Source of the DNA: Zygnema circumcarinatum SAG 698-1b
Lineage: Eukaryota; Plantae; Zygnematophyceae
Direction: 5' to 3'
DNA: 64,000 nt
Assembly: GCA_037447605.1 (NCBI GenBank)
Contig: CM074810.1
Span: 3,320,880 to 3,384,879 of the forward strand
Shown here: one piece after another, positions 29,839 through 47,500 of the stretch
How the letters are laid out: every line of letters starts with the position of its first letter
Numbering within the stretch: position 1 is the first letter of the stretch
The notes under the pieces: generated by a model
The model's database searches: none
What the model was told of the DNA's origin: nothing
What the model saw: the letters and a program-made list of their open reading frames with translations, nothing else
Program-made: the position numbers and the translations under genes

Positions 29839-32800
29839 TGTGAAATCGTGATCCTGAACAAGAAGAGGAAGAAGCTCCAAATCTTCAAAGTCAGTGCTGT
29901 TCATGAGAATCACAATCAAACTCTAAAAACAAAGATTGATTTCTCCACAAAACCAGGACAATAAACAATAACAACTGCTCATAGCGTGGACTGTGTGAGA
30001 CATAGAACACATACCGCAAATCATTGCAGCTTATATGACGGAGTCGTCCCCAGCCGAGACCCCCCCAGGCCCCATAGCCCACCGTCCACTCCAATGGGGT
30101 ACATGCGCGTGTTGGGCAGCGCCGTGGGGAAGTTGGGGAGGGCGGAGAGGGGGGCGGCGTATACGAGGTCTTGGAAGTACGCGGTGAAGGTGCTGTCTTT
30201 GAGAGAGAGCTGCTGCGGCCACGTCACGCTTGACACCGACCGCGTGTGCAGCACGGAGAGGTACACGTGGAGGGCGGGGCTCGCAGCAGGGACGGGGCTG
30301 ATGTCCCACATCGTCTTGTCGTAGATTTCCAGAACGTTGTTGTCGCTCTTCCACCTTCAGGGGGATACGGGAAACACTTTAGGGTTTCTAAATTTTGGCA
30401 GCAAGCAGAAAAAATCACTTGTTCTTGCTAAGGGGGAATGGGAAACTTTTTAGGGTTTCTAGGGTTGCCAGCAAGCATAGCAAATGACTTGGTCTTGTTC
30501 AGGGGGAATGGGAAACTTTTTAGGGTTTCTAAATTTTGCCAGCAAGCATAGATAATGACTTGGTCTTATTCAGGGGGAATGGGAAACGTTTTAGGGTTTC
30601 TAAATTTTGCCAGCAAGCATAGATAATGACTTGGTCTTATTCAGGGGGAATGGGAAACGTTTTAGGGTTTCTAAATTTTGCCAGCAAGCATAGATAATGA
30701 CTTGGTCTTATTCAGGGGGAATGGAAACGTTTTAGGGTTTCTAAATTTTGCCAGCAAGCATAGATAATGACTTGGTCTTGTTCAGGGGGAATGGGAAATG
30801 TTTCAGGGTTTCTAGGGTTGCCAGCAGGCATAGAAAATGACTTGGTCTTGTTCAGGGGGAATGGGAAACTTTTTAGGGTTTCTAAATTTTGCCAGCAAGC
30901 ATAGAAAATGACTTGGTCCTGTTCAGAGGGAATGGGAAATTTTTTAGTGTTTCTAAATTTTGCCAGCAAGAGTAAACAAGGAGTTTAAGAAGTTTTTGCA
31001 TTCGAGGAACATGAAAGTCCTCAGGAAGGTTTGGAGTGCAGCACGAGTTTGTGAGAGCATGCTTACAAGATGCGTTGAGGGGTCCAGTAGATGGTGTACA
31101 CGTGGAAGTCCGCCGAGCAGTCATACTGAAGGTTGACGGCCATGTTCCAACCGTCGACGCCGTTGATCATGGTGTTGAGCAGCACGATGTTCCGATTTTG
31201 TCCCGGAAACTCCATGATGATTGAGTTGCGCTTCGAGTCGTCGGCGTTGGAAGAGAGCTGCATCATCACCCGCCGCCATGGTCAATACACAGACAGGAGC
31301 TGATCGCCTTGAAGAGCTTGGAAGAGCCTCAAACCAAGAAACTTCCAAAATAAATGAAATACAACAGATGAGGCTTTGAAGCAGCGCACATGCACATCCT
31401 ACAATGCAGCCGTTCTGTGAAAAAAAAAAAGGGAGGGGAACAAGTGCTCACATAAAACGCTGTGTTGAGTCCCGAGGTGCTGCTCGGAGGGGCGTTTCAT
31501 GCGCACTGAAAATTTGCCCAGAGGTGAATATGGACGACCAGGCACCTTGTCCCGCCACCAGTAGCAGCAGCAGCAGCAGCAGCCACGTGTCAGCCTCCAG
31601 CACATGCCACATGTCAGGCATCAAGCTGCTCCAGGTCATGCCACGTGTGAGAAAGCAAGCTGTTTCAGGTCATGCCACGTGTCACACCTGAGTAGGTCGC
31701 CTTCCTGAAGGAGATGGCGTAGTCGTTGCCTGACGCCGCCACGTTCGCCGGATTGGAGTCCACCTGCATCCCGGTGAGAGGCGTGCCCGACTGCATCTCC
31801 GCCAGCGCGTTGGCGTTCGCCACCCTCAGAAGGCACGCGAGCGCCGACTCCAGCTGCGTGGAGGCCGCCGCCATGGCCTGGTCGAGCGCGCTCCCCTTGG
31901 TGCGCTGGCACTTGGAGAGGAAGTACTTGGCCCAGGCCGCCCGGTTGCGCGCCTTGGCCCACTTCTTGGCGGCGGCGTACTGGCGGCCAAAGTCGACGGC
32001 GGAGCGGGCGCGGGAGATGCGGCGCAGGCAGCCCGCGTTGGAGGCGGCCTTCGCCATGGCGGCCGCGAGGGAGGCGGCCGCGCGGGAGAAGGTCGCGCCG
32101 ACGTCGCCCGTGCACGCCAGGGAGAGCGACGCGGCGGCGTCCTGCAGGACCTCCACGTCGGACTTCGCGTCGGATGCCACCTCGGCGTCCTCCTCGAACG
32201 GGACAAAGTCGGGGGCCACGCTGGCGTCCAGGTCGGACAGTGGGTACTCGTCGTCAGAGTCGGCATCCACGTCGGACGGGAGGGAGGAGTCCTCGTGGTT
32301 GGCCACGTCAGCCGCGGTTTCGGAGGGCAGGAAGGCGGATCCCGACGACTCCTCCACGTCATCTGACGATTCAGGCACCACGTCAGCGGTTACTTCAGGA
32401 TCCACGTCATCCGACGCTTCGGGTGACAAGTCAATGGACTCGTCACCGGCCACGTCAGATCCAGTGTCCACGTCAGCCTCCTTACGTTCCTCCGATGCTA
32501 CAGGCGAGTCCACTTCCGGTGCCACGTCTGCGTGCACGTCAGCGGCCACGTCGGACTGCGCGGCGGCCGCGAAGGCCTCAGCGAGCGCGCGGCTGCGGTC
32601 GGCGGAGAGGCGCGCGGAGGGCTCCGCGAGGGCCTTGCGCCCGCCGGCGGGGGAGGGGGAGGGGGAGAGGGGGAGGGCCCGCGCGGGGAGGAGGGAGGCC
32701 GCGCGCCGCAGCACGCTCAGCACGCTCGCCGCCATGGCCGGCGCGCCATGGGAGCTCGCGCTGCTGCCCGGAACGCTCGCTTCAAGGCCCGCCTCTGAGG

Positions 32801-32873
32801 CTGCAAGAGGCTGGAGGGTGGCAAGGAGGCAGAAAAGAGCGCCCGCGCAGAGAAGGACGCCCGTTCGAGCCAT
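29839..32873 (-). pseudogene. Inverted duplicate of the tandem-GH16 gene, 3' truncated and frameshifted as assembled
   Basis: Exons 32873-31688, 31545-31452 (94 nt versus 104 in the other copy, so a frameshift), 31257-31067, 30354-30015 (340 versus 341, homopolymer indels), and only ~15 nt of exon 5 (29853-29839) before the gap. It may be an intact gene with consensus errors. Confidence 0.7.
30365..30970. repeat. 70-71-bp minisatellite (8 units), left copy
   Basis: ATGACTTGGTC recurs at 30485, 30556, 30627, 30698, 30768, 30838 and 30909, plus a variant near 30416. Most units contain TAGGGTTT. Confidence 0.95.
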
Positions 32874-33999
32874 GGCGAGAGGACAGAGAGAGGCAGAGGG
32901 AGAGAGTGGCGAGGAGACAAGGAGAGGTAGGAGAGGGAGAGGGAGAGGGAGAGGGAGAGGGAGAGGAAGAGGGAGAGGGAGAGGAAGAGGGAGAGGGAGA
33001 GGAAGAGGGGGAGGCAGAGGGAGGCAGCGGCGGCCCTGAGAGAGAGAGCGCAGCGCAAGGGCCCTTTGACGGCGCGGCCGCGAGCCGCCGTGGCGGACCG
33101 CGCGCTGGGCCCAATGGCGCGCAGCCACGTGGCCGCCACCGCGCCGCCGCACGCCACGACGGACCGCCGGTCGACGGCACCGACACCCGGCGCGCGGTAC
33201 GGATGGGATGTACGGCGCATGATTGCGCGCGACAGAGGATCGTACGGCCCCTTCCGAGCTGTACGGCGGAGTGCGCCCCGCGGCCGTCCCTCTGTCGCGT
33301 TGTGGCGGCAAGTGCGAGGGATCGCACCCACCCATTCATGAATGCATGCATGCACACAGGCACACATGGGTGTTACTCCTTGGCAAGGAGCGTGCATATG
33401 CCCACCGTGACGCGGCCGACAACCTTTGCTCCTATGGCTGTTGAGTTTTTTGGTTGCCTCGACGCCCGTTTGGATGCCTTCCTTCCTTCGCTAGTGCGTG
33501 CGCCCATCGCTCCTTCGAGATGCGCGCACAGCCCCGGAAGGAAGCCCTTCTCCGGCGATCCTTGCTACTCCTTATCGACATCGCATTTCCGTCGCCCTTA
33601 GTGTTGCCAACCTCGCTTCTCTGCTCCTTCGGCGTGAAGCCGCGGTTGTTGGTGACCGTGTCGGTGGCCGTCCGCCGCTTCTTCCCTCCGCGCGATGTGC
33701 TGCACACATGGGTGAACTTCGCGGCAATTTTTAGGGCTGCGCTGTTGAGAATAGGCGTAGCTTATTGCTCCTAGCTTCTTTCCTTTGTGCTTACGTCCTT
33801 TGTGGCCTGTTCCTCGTGGTTCTTCTCCTTGCTGATGTTGTCCATGTACATTTGATGGCATCATCACCATCGTGAGGGCAATGCCACATCCTTATTCCTC
33901 GTGAGTGAATGCATGCATGCATGCGTTGCATTACGCAGCGAGGCAGCGGGGCACGCTCCACGCTTTACTGTTGTCCGTACCGTATGGACGGATGCAGTA

Positions 34000-34465
34000 C
34001 AGTAGGGGGTCCTCATATTTACCACCCTGGTTTTGGCCAATATGAGGCGAAAAAACTGATTTTGCATATGTAAGGTTCGTGTTACCAATAGACGGGCGGT
34101 ATTATGTTAGAGTTCACGTTGGACCTTACGTATCGTACCGTACCATACCGTACCGTATCGTACTGTATCGGCTACAGTACTACAGCTAGTATGGCTAGTA
34201 CGGATATTACAGTATCGGTTGTATCGTATCGTATCGTATCGTGTTGAAGCCAAGAAGAAGGGGAGAAGAGCGAGCGCCTCTTACGGCGGCACGTGCGGGG
34301 AGATTAGGTGAGTTTTGCGTAAGCTCGTAACGGCTAGTACAGCTAGTACGGACAGTACGGACAGTACGGCTAACATAAGGTTATCGCACAAAAATTTCGG
34401 CAAAATCGGGGCGAATTTCTTGAGGACGCACTCCTTAGGGCGGTAAATAAGAGGACCCCCCACTG
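34000..34465. mobile_element. Tc1/mariner-type MITE (466 bp)
   Basis: TA|CAGTAGGGGGTCCTCATATTTACCACCCT ... AGGGCGGTAAATAAGAGGACCCCCCACTG|TA: ~29-bp TIRs with 3 mismatches, CAGT termini and a TA target duplication. No transposase. Confidence 0.85.
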
Positions 34466-35458
34466 TACTGTACTGTCCAGTCCCCTTGCACGTGTACGGT
34501 ATTCCAAACCGACAGACGGGTGCATCCGAAGTTCTGAAGAAGGGCATTTGGGGGCTTCGGACATTGGCCATGGCCAAATCAATTAAGTAAGTCTGCTTGG
34601 CGAATTTTAGCACTAGCTAAGTACGCATTTCGGTACGGCTGCTTACGGCTGAGCCGGGGATCCTGAACCGGAATTCCTATACGAAACACTGACTTTTAGT
34701 ATCCTAACTTCGGGATTTTAGTACGGCCATGGTCAAAGTCTAGCCCTCCCTATTGTTGTCTTTATGTCGGTGCCGACGGCTTTGAGGTGCATGCATAGAT
34801 GGGTCCAGACTCACGTTGCCTCTCTTTTCGAATACATCCAGCACGCCCGCTTGTTCGCAATTTAGTTGAATTGGCATCTATCTGCATTGGTGGGGATGCC
34901 ATTAATTGCACACACAAGACATAGTGCCTAACTAGTAAGCCAACCAGAAATGGTCCGTCGAAATTGAAAAAAAAAAGGCTACGAGCGGGACTTTGCTTCT
35001 AGGGCCTCCCAGCAGCAAAGCGGATCTCATGTGATTTGCCATGCATGCATGCATGCATTCATGCATGGGTGGATGCAATCACTCGCAAGAGCCGCCACAA
35101 CGCGACAGTGGGACGACCGCGGGGCGCACTCCGCCGTACATCCCGCAAGGAGCCGTACGGTCCACTGTCCTGAGCAATCATGGCTTCGTACCGCCCGTCC
35201 GTACTGCTTGCGCGGTGTCGGCGCCGGCGCCCAGCGGTCCGTCGTGGCGCGCGGCGGCGCGGTGGCGGGCACGTGGCGGCGCGCCATTGGGCCCAGCGCG
35301 CGGCCTGCCACGGCGGCTCGCGGCCGCGCCGTCAAAGGACCCGCGCGCTGCGCACTCTCTCTCAGGGCCGCCGCTGCCTCCCACTGCCTCTTCTCCCTCT
35401 CCCTCTCCCTCCTCCCTCTGCCTTGTCTCCTCGCCTCCGCCTCTCTCTGTCCCCCGCC

Positions 35459-40821
<5,363 letters not shown>

Positions 40822-43800
40822 CTGCTGCAAATTTAGGGTTTCCCCACTCTCTGCCTGTGAGAGAGGCTTCTCCAGGCAGAGACAAACGGCATATTGATAG
40901 GACATGGCAGAAGCTCATGCCATGATTCTTTGTAAAGTCGCAGAGTAAGGTAGAGATTCCATGTTTTATTGAAAGTGGTTGTGTAGATAGGGATGTGGTA
41001 GCAGAAGAGTCCTTGCGAATGCCGCAAGGCGCAGCGCTTAGGCAGGAATTAGGGTTAGAGGACTTTAGAGTCGGCAGATGTTAGTGTTTCAGAGAGTTGA
41101 GGGTTTATGCTACTTGTCCTCAGCCTTGTGCTCGCGCTCACTGCTTGTGGGTGTTGAGCCGGCACCCACCCCTTGTGCGGCCGACTGTTGGCTCGGCCGC
41201 TGGAGATGAAGCTGGCCAGCCTGGGGGGTGTTAGTGCCCCTCGTGTCGATTAGTGTATGCGAACACAATCGCATGTATATATTTATTTATGTGTAAATAT
41301 ATATAGAGAGTAACGGAGTATAGTTATATAGTAACGGAGTAGTACATATATGGATGGACAGTAGCTCTTCTCCGTCCCCGACGGATCGTAGGGCGCTAAG
41401 CGCAGGATGCTAAGCACAAAGTGTTGTCCTTCTTCTGAAAACAAGAATTCCAAAGTGTTGTGCCCTGGACGACCTTGTGGAATGTGCAGCTGGATGAGGA
41501 CATTCGTCTCTGCTCCTCTCTCTTGCCCTCTCCCTCTCCCTCCTCCCTCTCCTTCTCCCTCCCTCTCCCTCTCCCTCTCCCTCTCTCTCTCCCTCTCCCT
41601 CTCCCTCTCCCTCTCCCTCTCCCTCCCTCTCCCTCCCTCTCCCTTCCCTCTCCCTCTCCCTCTCCCTCTCCCTCTCCCTCTCCTCTCTCCCTCTCTCTCC
41701 CTCCCTCTCCCTCTCCCTCTCCCTCTCCCTCTCCCTCTCCCTCTCCCTCTCCCTCCCTCTCCCTCTCTCCCTCTCCCTCTCTCTCTCTCTCTCCCTCTCC
41801 CTCTCCCTCTCCCTCTCCCTCTCCCTCTCCCTCTCCCTCTCCCTCCCTCTCCCTCTCCCTCTCCCTCTCCCTCTCCCTCTCCTTCTCCTTCTCCCTCTTC
41901 CCTCTTCCCTCTCTCCCTCTCTCCTCCATGCTCCCAGAGGCCCTTCCCGTGGCGATGCTGCTGCTGCCTGCAGGTGGCTGGTCGACGGGGTTCTGCGGTA
42001 CACTGTGTGGAAGTCGGAGGTGTCCGCCTACCCGACGAAGCCCATGTTCTTTTACGCCTCCGTGTGGAAAACGAGCGGGCAGTGGGCGGGGCAGTGGCAC
42101 AACCAGAAGGACACCTTCGTCGTGCAGTACAAGAAGCTGCGCATCACTCCCCTCACCGAGGACTAACTGCTGCAAATTTAGGGTTTCCCCACTCTCTGCC
42201 TGTGAGAGAGGCTTCTCCAGGCAGAGACAAACGGCATATTGATAGCACATGGCAGAAGCTCATGCCATGATTCTTTGTAAAGTCGCAGAGTAAGGTAGAG
42301 GTTCCATGTTTTATTGAGTGGTTGTGTAGATAGAGGTTGTAGAAGTCTGCGTCCGCGAACGGCCCGGCAAGCAGGAGTAGGGTTAGAGGCTGGGAGTCGG
42401 CAGATGTAGTGGGCTTCAGAGGGTGGTTTTATGCTACTTGTCCTCCAGCGCGCGCTCACTGCTGACGGGTGTTGAGCACCACTGCGTGTGGCCGACTGTT
42501 GGCTCGGCCGCTGGAGATGAAGCTGGCCAGCCTGGGGGGTGTTAGTGCCCCTCGTGTCGATTAGTGTATGCGAACACAATCGTATGTATTTATTTATTTA
42601 CATGTAAATATATAGAGAGTAACGGAGTATAGTTATATAGTAACGGAGTAGTACATATATGGATGGACAGTAGCTCTTCTCCGTCCCCGGCGGATCGGAT
42701 GGCGCTAACCGCAGGATGCTAAGCACAAAGTGTTGTCCTTCTTCTGAAAACAAGAATTCCAAAGTGTTGTGCCCTGGACGACCTTGTGGAATGTGCAGCT
42801 GGATGAGGACATTCGTCTCTGCTCCTCTCTCTTGCCCTCTCCCTCTCCCTCTCCCCTCTCCCTCTCCCTCTCCCTCTCCCTCTCCCTCTCCCTCTCTCCT
42901 GCCCCTCTCCCTCTCCCTCTCCCTCTCCCTCTCCCTCTCCTCTCCCCTCTCCCCACCACTTTCCCTCTCCCTCTCCTCCCTCTCCCTCTCTCCCTCTCCC
43001 TCCCTCTCCCTCTCTCCCTCCCTCTCCCTCTCCTCTCCCTCTCCCTCTCCTCTCTCCCTCTCCCTCTCCCTCTCCCTCTCCTCTCCCTCTCCCTCTCTCT
43101 CTCTCTCTCTCCCTCCCTCCCTCTCCCTCTCCTCTCCCTCTCCCTCTCCCTCTCCCTCTCCCTCTCCCTCCCCCCTCTCCCTCTCCCTCTCCCTCCCCTC
43201 TTCCATGCCCCTCTCCCTCTCCTCTCCTCCCCTCCCTCTCCCTCTCTCCCTCCTCTCACTACTCCCCTCCTCCCTCTCCTCTCCTCTCCCTCTCCCTCTC
43301 CCTCTCCCTCTCCCTCTCCCTCTCCTCTCCCTCTCCCTCTCCTCCCTCTCTCTCCTCTCCACTCCTCCCTCTCCCTCTGCCTCTCCCTCTCCTCTCCTCT
43401 CCCTCCCTCTCCCTCTCCCTCCCTCTCCCTCTCCTCTCCCTCTTCTTCCATACCCTCTCCCTCTCCCTCTCCTCTCTCTCCTCCCTCCTCCCTCTCCCTC
43501 TCCCTCTCCCTCTCCCCACTCTCCTCTCCCTCTCCTCCCTCTCCCTCTCCTCTCCCTCTCCCTCCTCTCCTCTCCCTCTCCCTCTCCTCTCCTCTGCCCT
43601 CTCCCTCCCTCCCCTCTACTCGCCACTGCTCCCTCTCCCACTCTCCTCCCTCTCCCTCTCCCTCCCTCTCCCTCTCCTCTCCCTCTCCCTCTCCCTCTCC
43701 CTCTCCCTCCCTCCCTCTCCCTCTCTCTCCCTCTCCCTCTCCCTCTCCTTCCTCCACTCGTTTCCTCGCACTTCCATCCGCCTCTTTCTCCCCTGTGCAC

Positions 43801-44507
43801 GGATGTGGAACGATGAAGCCTGCAATTCATAGATTTCCAATTACTCATTGCCTCTGCTTGCCTTGTAGTGTAGTGCATGCAGGGAGTCCTCAACCCTGAG
43901 GTTCACCCCAATGTCCCTCTCTTGCTCTCTTGCTTCTACTTCCCTCCCGCCTGCATTTGACTTCCACTACATGGCTTGCCATGTAATGTCCTCCTCCTGT
44001 GGTTAACAAGCCACAAAGGGATCGTAGGCTCCTATTGGGCAACTGCGTGTGTAGATCAGGTACATGTTTCTAATTTGAGCGAGGAGGAGAGGGATAGAGA
44101 GGGGGGGCGAGAGTGAGAGAAAAGGGGAGGTAGAATGGGAGAGTGGCAGGGAGGGAGGTAGTGAGAGGGAGACGGGAGGAGGACCGTGGAAGGGAGAGAG
44201 GAAGTCTGATGAGAGCCTGAGGAGGGCAAGGGCCAAGGGCATTCCTTTAAAGACCATCCGCATAACACCATGCCCAACATCAACATGCCACCATGCCCAC
44301 CATCAACATGGCACTCACTTCCATACATGTCCCACATCCATGTACCGTACAACTTCCCTTGTACGACTGTACCTGCTGCACTGTACGGCTACGTCCGTAC
44401 ACGTCCTGCTCAGTACCGCCGCCCCGCAGTAGCCCCCCGCCACGCGTCGCGCTCCTGGCGCCTCCCACAGCGCCCCCTTGGAGCTGGCGGGCGGCCGTAC
44501 GGCCGCC

Positions 44508-47500
44508 ATGGCGGCGCGTTCCAAGGAGGGGCCTGCCGGCGCGCACTGCAACGGGGAAGGGCATGGGGGCGGGCGGGCCATGGCGGGGCGAGTGGGGGAG
44601 AAGAAGGGGGGGAGTCCGGGGTCGGCAGCTGGCAGGATTTCGGAGCTTCAATGGGAGCTTATTATATTCGGACACCTGGCGGGGTACTTAGTCGTGCAGG
44701 GTTACTTCCTGCACAGGGCAGCGCTCCGGGATGTCAACGTTCCAGCGGTAATGACGGATGTGCTTACAGGGCTGTGAATTTTAGCGTTAGGTTTCGTGTT
44801 AGGGTTAGAAATAGGGGCTGGGGTTAGGATTTATGGTCAGGGTGAGGGTTCAGATTTAGGGTTTGGGTTAGGGTGAGGGTGAAAGGAGGGATGGCGTAGC
44901 ACTTTGGGTCATTGGAGGGGTTGGAAGGGGCTGGGTTTGAATGTGATTTCGGTGTTAGAGTTCAAATTATGGTTAGGGTTAGCTTTAAGGTTAGGTTTAC
45001 AAGTAGGGTTCGGGGTGAGCTTTGGGGCTGGGACAGGGTACTCATAGGGCTCCCGGGGCTTATGAGCGGTGTGAGGTCAGGGCTGGGGTTGAAGGGTATG
45101 ATGGGAATTAGGGTTAGGGTTAAGGCTAAAGTAGGTTAAGGACAGTGTTGGAACTCTCTGATCAAACCCGGAACTCCCTGCATGTGAAGAGGTTTCCAAA
45201 TTTTGCATTTTTCTTGCAACCAAATTCACCAGCCTCAGTAGCAGTTGTTGGTATGGGGTTAGGATTAACCTTACAGTACTTGAGCGCCGCCCAAAAGCAT
45301 GATACTAAATTTCTGTGCAATTAGTTTGAGAGCTGTAGGAGAACACAATTTTGGAAAAAGAAGTTTATCAAGGGAGATGGGAAAGGATCTAAGGAGGGGG
45401 CGTTGAGTATGGAGAGAAGCATGTGGGCTTTACTTGCAAATTTTGTAGAAATCAAAATGCTGCGGTGGTTCCGTTGACGAAATCTGTGTGCTTGTAGCTT
45501 CTAAAGAAATTCTTACCCAGTCCAACTATGTAGCCAGATCAGAGTCTGCAGAGTATTTGATTTTGGCCTTCTTGGCCTTCAACTGTCCCTCTCCTCTCGC
45601 TCTCTCTCTCAATATTTCTTGCAGTCTGACTCCCTTTCTAGCCATCCATCGCTGCTGTCCTTTCTCTCTTCTTTTCACACCCTCCCACTCGCCTTCTCCT
45701 GCCGCTTCCTTCCAGTAAGGAACTTGCCTTGTCAGGATATCTGAAAATTCATGAAAATGAAAAAGTGTGCATATTCATGCATAGCAATTCTTCAGTTCAT
45801 AGGGCCAAAGTTACCCATGCATTTACACAATTCAAAGCTCTGATTTTGATTGTTTTGCTTTGACAATGTATGAAGTACAAGGCTATCACTGTGCCAATAG
45901 GAATTGATGACATTCTATCGTTAGACTTTAGACCCCGAACCTGTCCTTGTGATTCTTTACCGATGCCTTCTTTCATGTGAGTTGACATTGTGTGAAATTT
46001 CAATGTCTATATCAACATTGTCTGAGCGTTCCTCATCTTGACTATTTTTTTTGATGTTGTTCCTGGCAGCTTCTTCTTGTGCTTTTGGGCCTTTTACGAA
46101 ACGTTGTGAGATGCTATTTAAGGCGGGGAGGAAGTAATGTTCGGAGAAGAAGGGAAGTTGCTGCTCAAGCTGCAGCTTTAGGGGGAAATTTGAATGGTGG
46201 GTTGGAGGTAGCGGTGCCCCCTCAACGGGAGTTTACAACTTCTGATCATCTCCTTGTAGGTTTTCGAATCCAACTTATATCCTGTCTTACTTTTTCACCA
46301 TAATCTATTCTAAAGAGAGATTCTTGCTTGAATGTTGCTCTATTCCTTGCTAAGCTTCGGATACAGAGATCAAATGCAGAACTCTATGTGATGGAAAACA
46401 TGGATGGGGCAGGTTATTTTTTTGGGCTGCACAGCCCTGTACTTGTCTGTCCACTTGGCACGCATTCTTCCCTGGCCATCCCTTCTGTTCCTTATCGTCC
46501 CGTAAGCTGCAACCACTGCCTAAACCTTTCAAAATCTGAACCTCAAAAACCTCAAATTCTTTCAACCTTAGGCTGTAAATCAAACCCTTCTTAACCATCT
46601 GTTAACTATCTGTTCTTAATCATCTGTTCTTGTTTTTCTTGGTCCTTTGCCTCATTTTTGATACATGGATGGCTCTGACTGTACCTCCTGGCCAGGTCAA
46701 GTTAATCAGTTCAGTCCTCAGTTCAGTTTAGTTCAGTTCGTTCAGTACAGTTCTATGCTGTTCCGTTCAGTTCTGTTACATGACCCTCCCATTGGCTCGT
46801 GCAGGTCCCTTCTCTATTGGTGGTGGGCAGCGCGAATAAGACATAGAATTTGGACAGCGAGAACACCTCTCAGACCACCTGTCCAGGTCGGACCAATAAA
46901 GAAAATAGGAAGTGGGTCACATTTAGGGAATTCGAATTCCAACGGAAGCATAGAACGGCAGCAGCAGGGCTATGGGGGAGGGGGGAAAGGAGGGGGCAAT
47001 GCGCAAGCAGGGGAGGGGTTGGGAGGGAACACGTGGACCAATGAAGAGGCTCAGAATTGGGCCAATGGCATCAGAGATCAGCCTGCTCTAATACTGAAGG
47101 ATATCCTCCTTGAGTCCATATTGAGCGCTTATCTAGTGGGAGTTCTCCCTCTTAAGACTCTCAAAGTAAGACCTTTACTATTGCTCATCTTTTCTAAGGT
47201 GGCTGGGAAGGGTTGCTTGTTGCAAGATTGAGCTTACAAGCGTGATGTTTCCCTCTTTTTTTCGCTTTCATTTTTCTTCTTAAAAAAAGGAACCGGTGGT
47301 TAGAAAGATTCATCCTTTTCGTCCTCTCTTTCTTTTCCCTTTCTTGTTCTTTTCCTAACCGTAAAATTCCGCATGCAGCACCAACACTTGTACTACAACT
47401 TCGCCGCATGCTCCTCTGTTTTCGGGTGAGTTCACATCACCCTTACCCCTCTGACAACCCCCAAAAAATCATCCAAAACCCTTCTATCCCTGAGTCCCAC

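Noticed and set aside
44501-44514. Palindromic GCCGCCATGGCGGC giving a perfect Kozak ATG on both strands
   Set aside because: Any GCCGCC-ATG-GCG-GC start is self-complementary, and the minus-strand ORF (44315-44509) runs into the GTAC repeat cluster with no recognisable protein.
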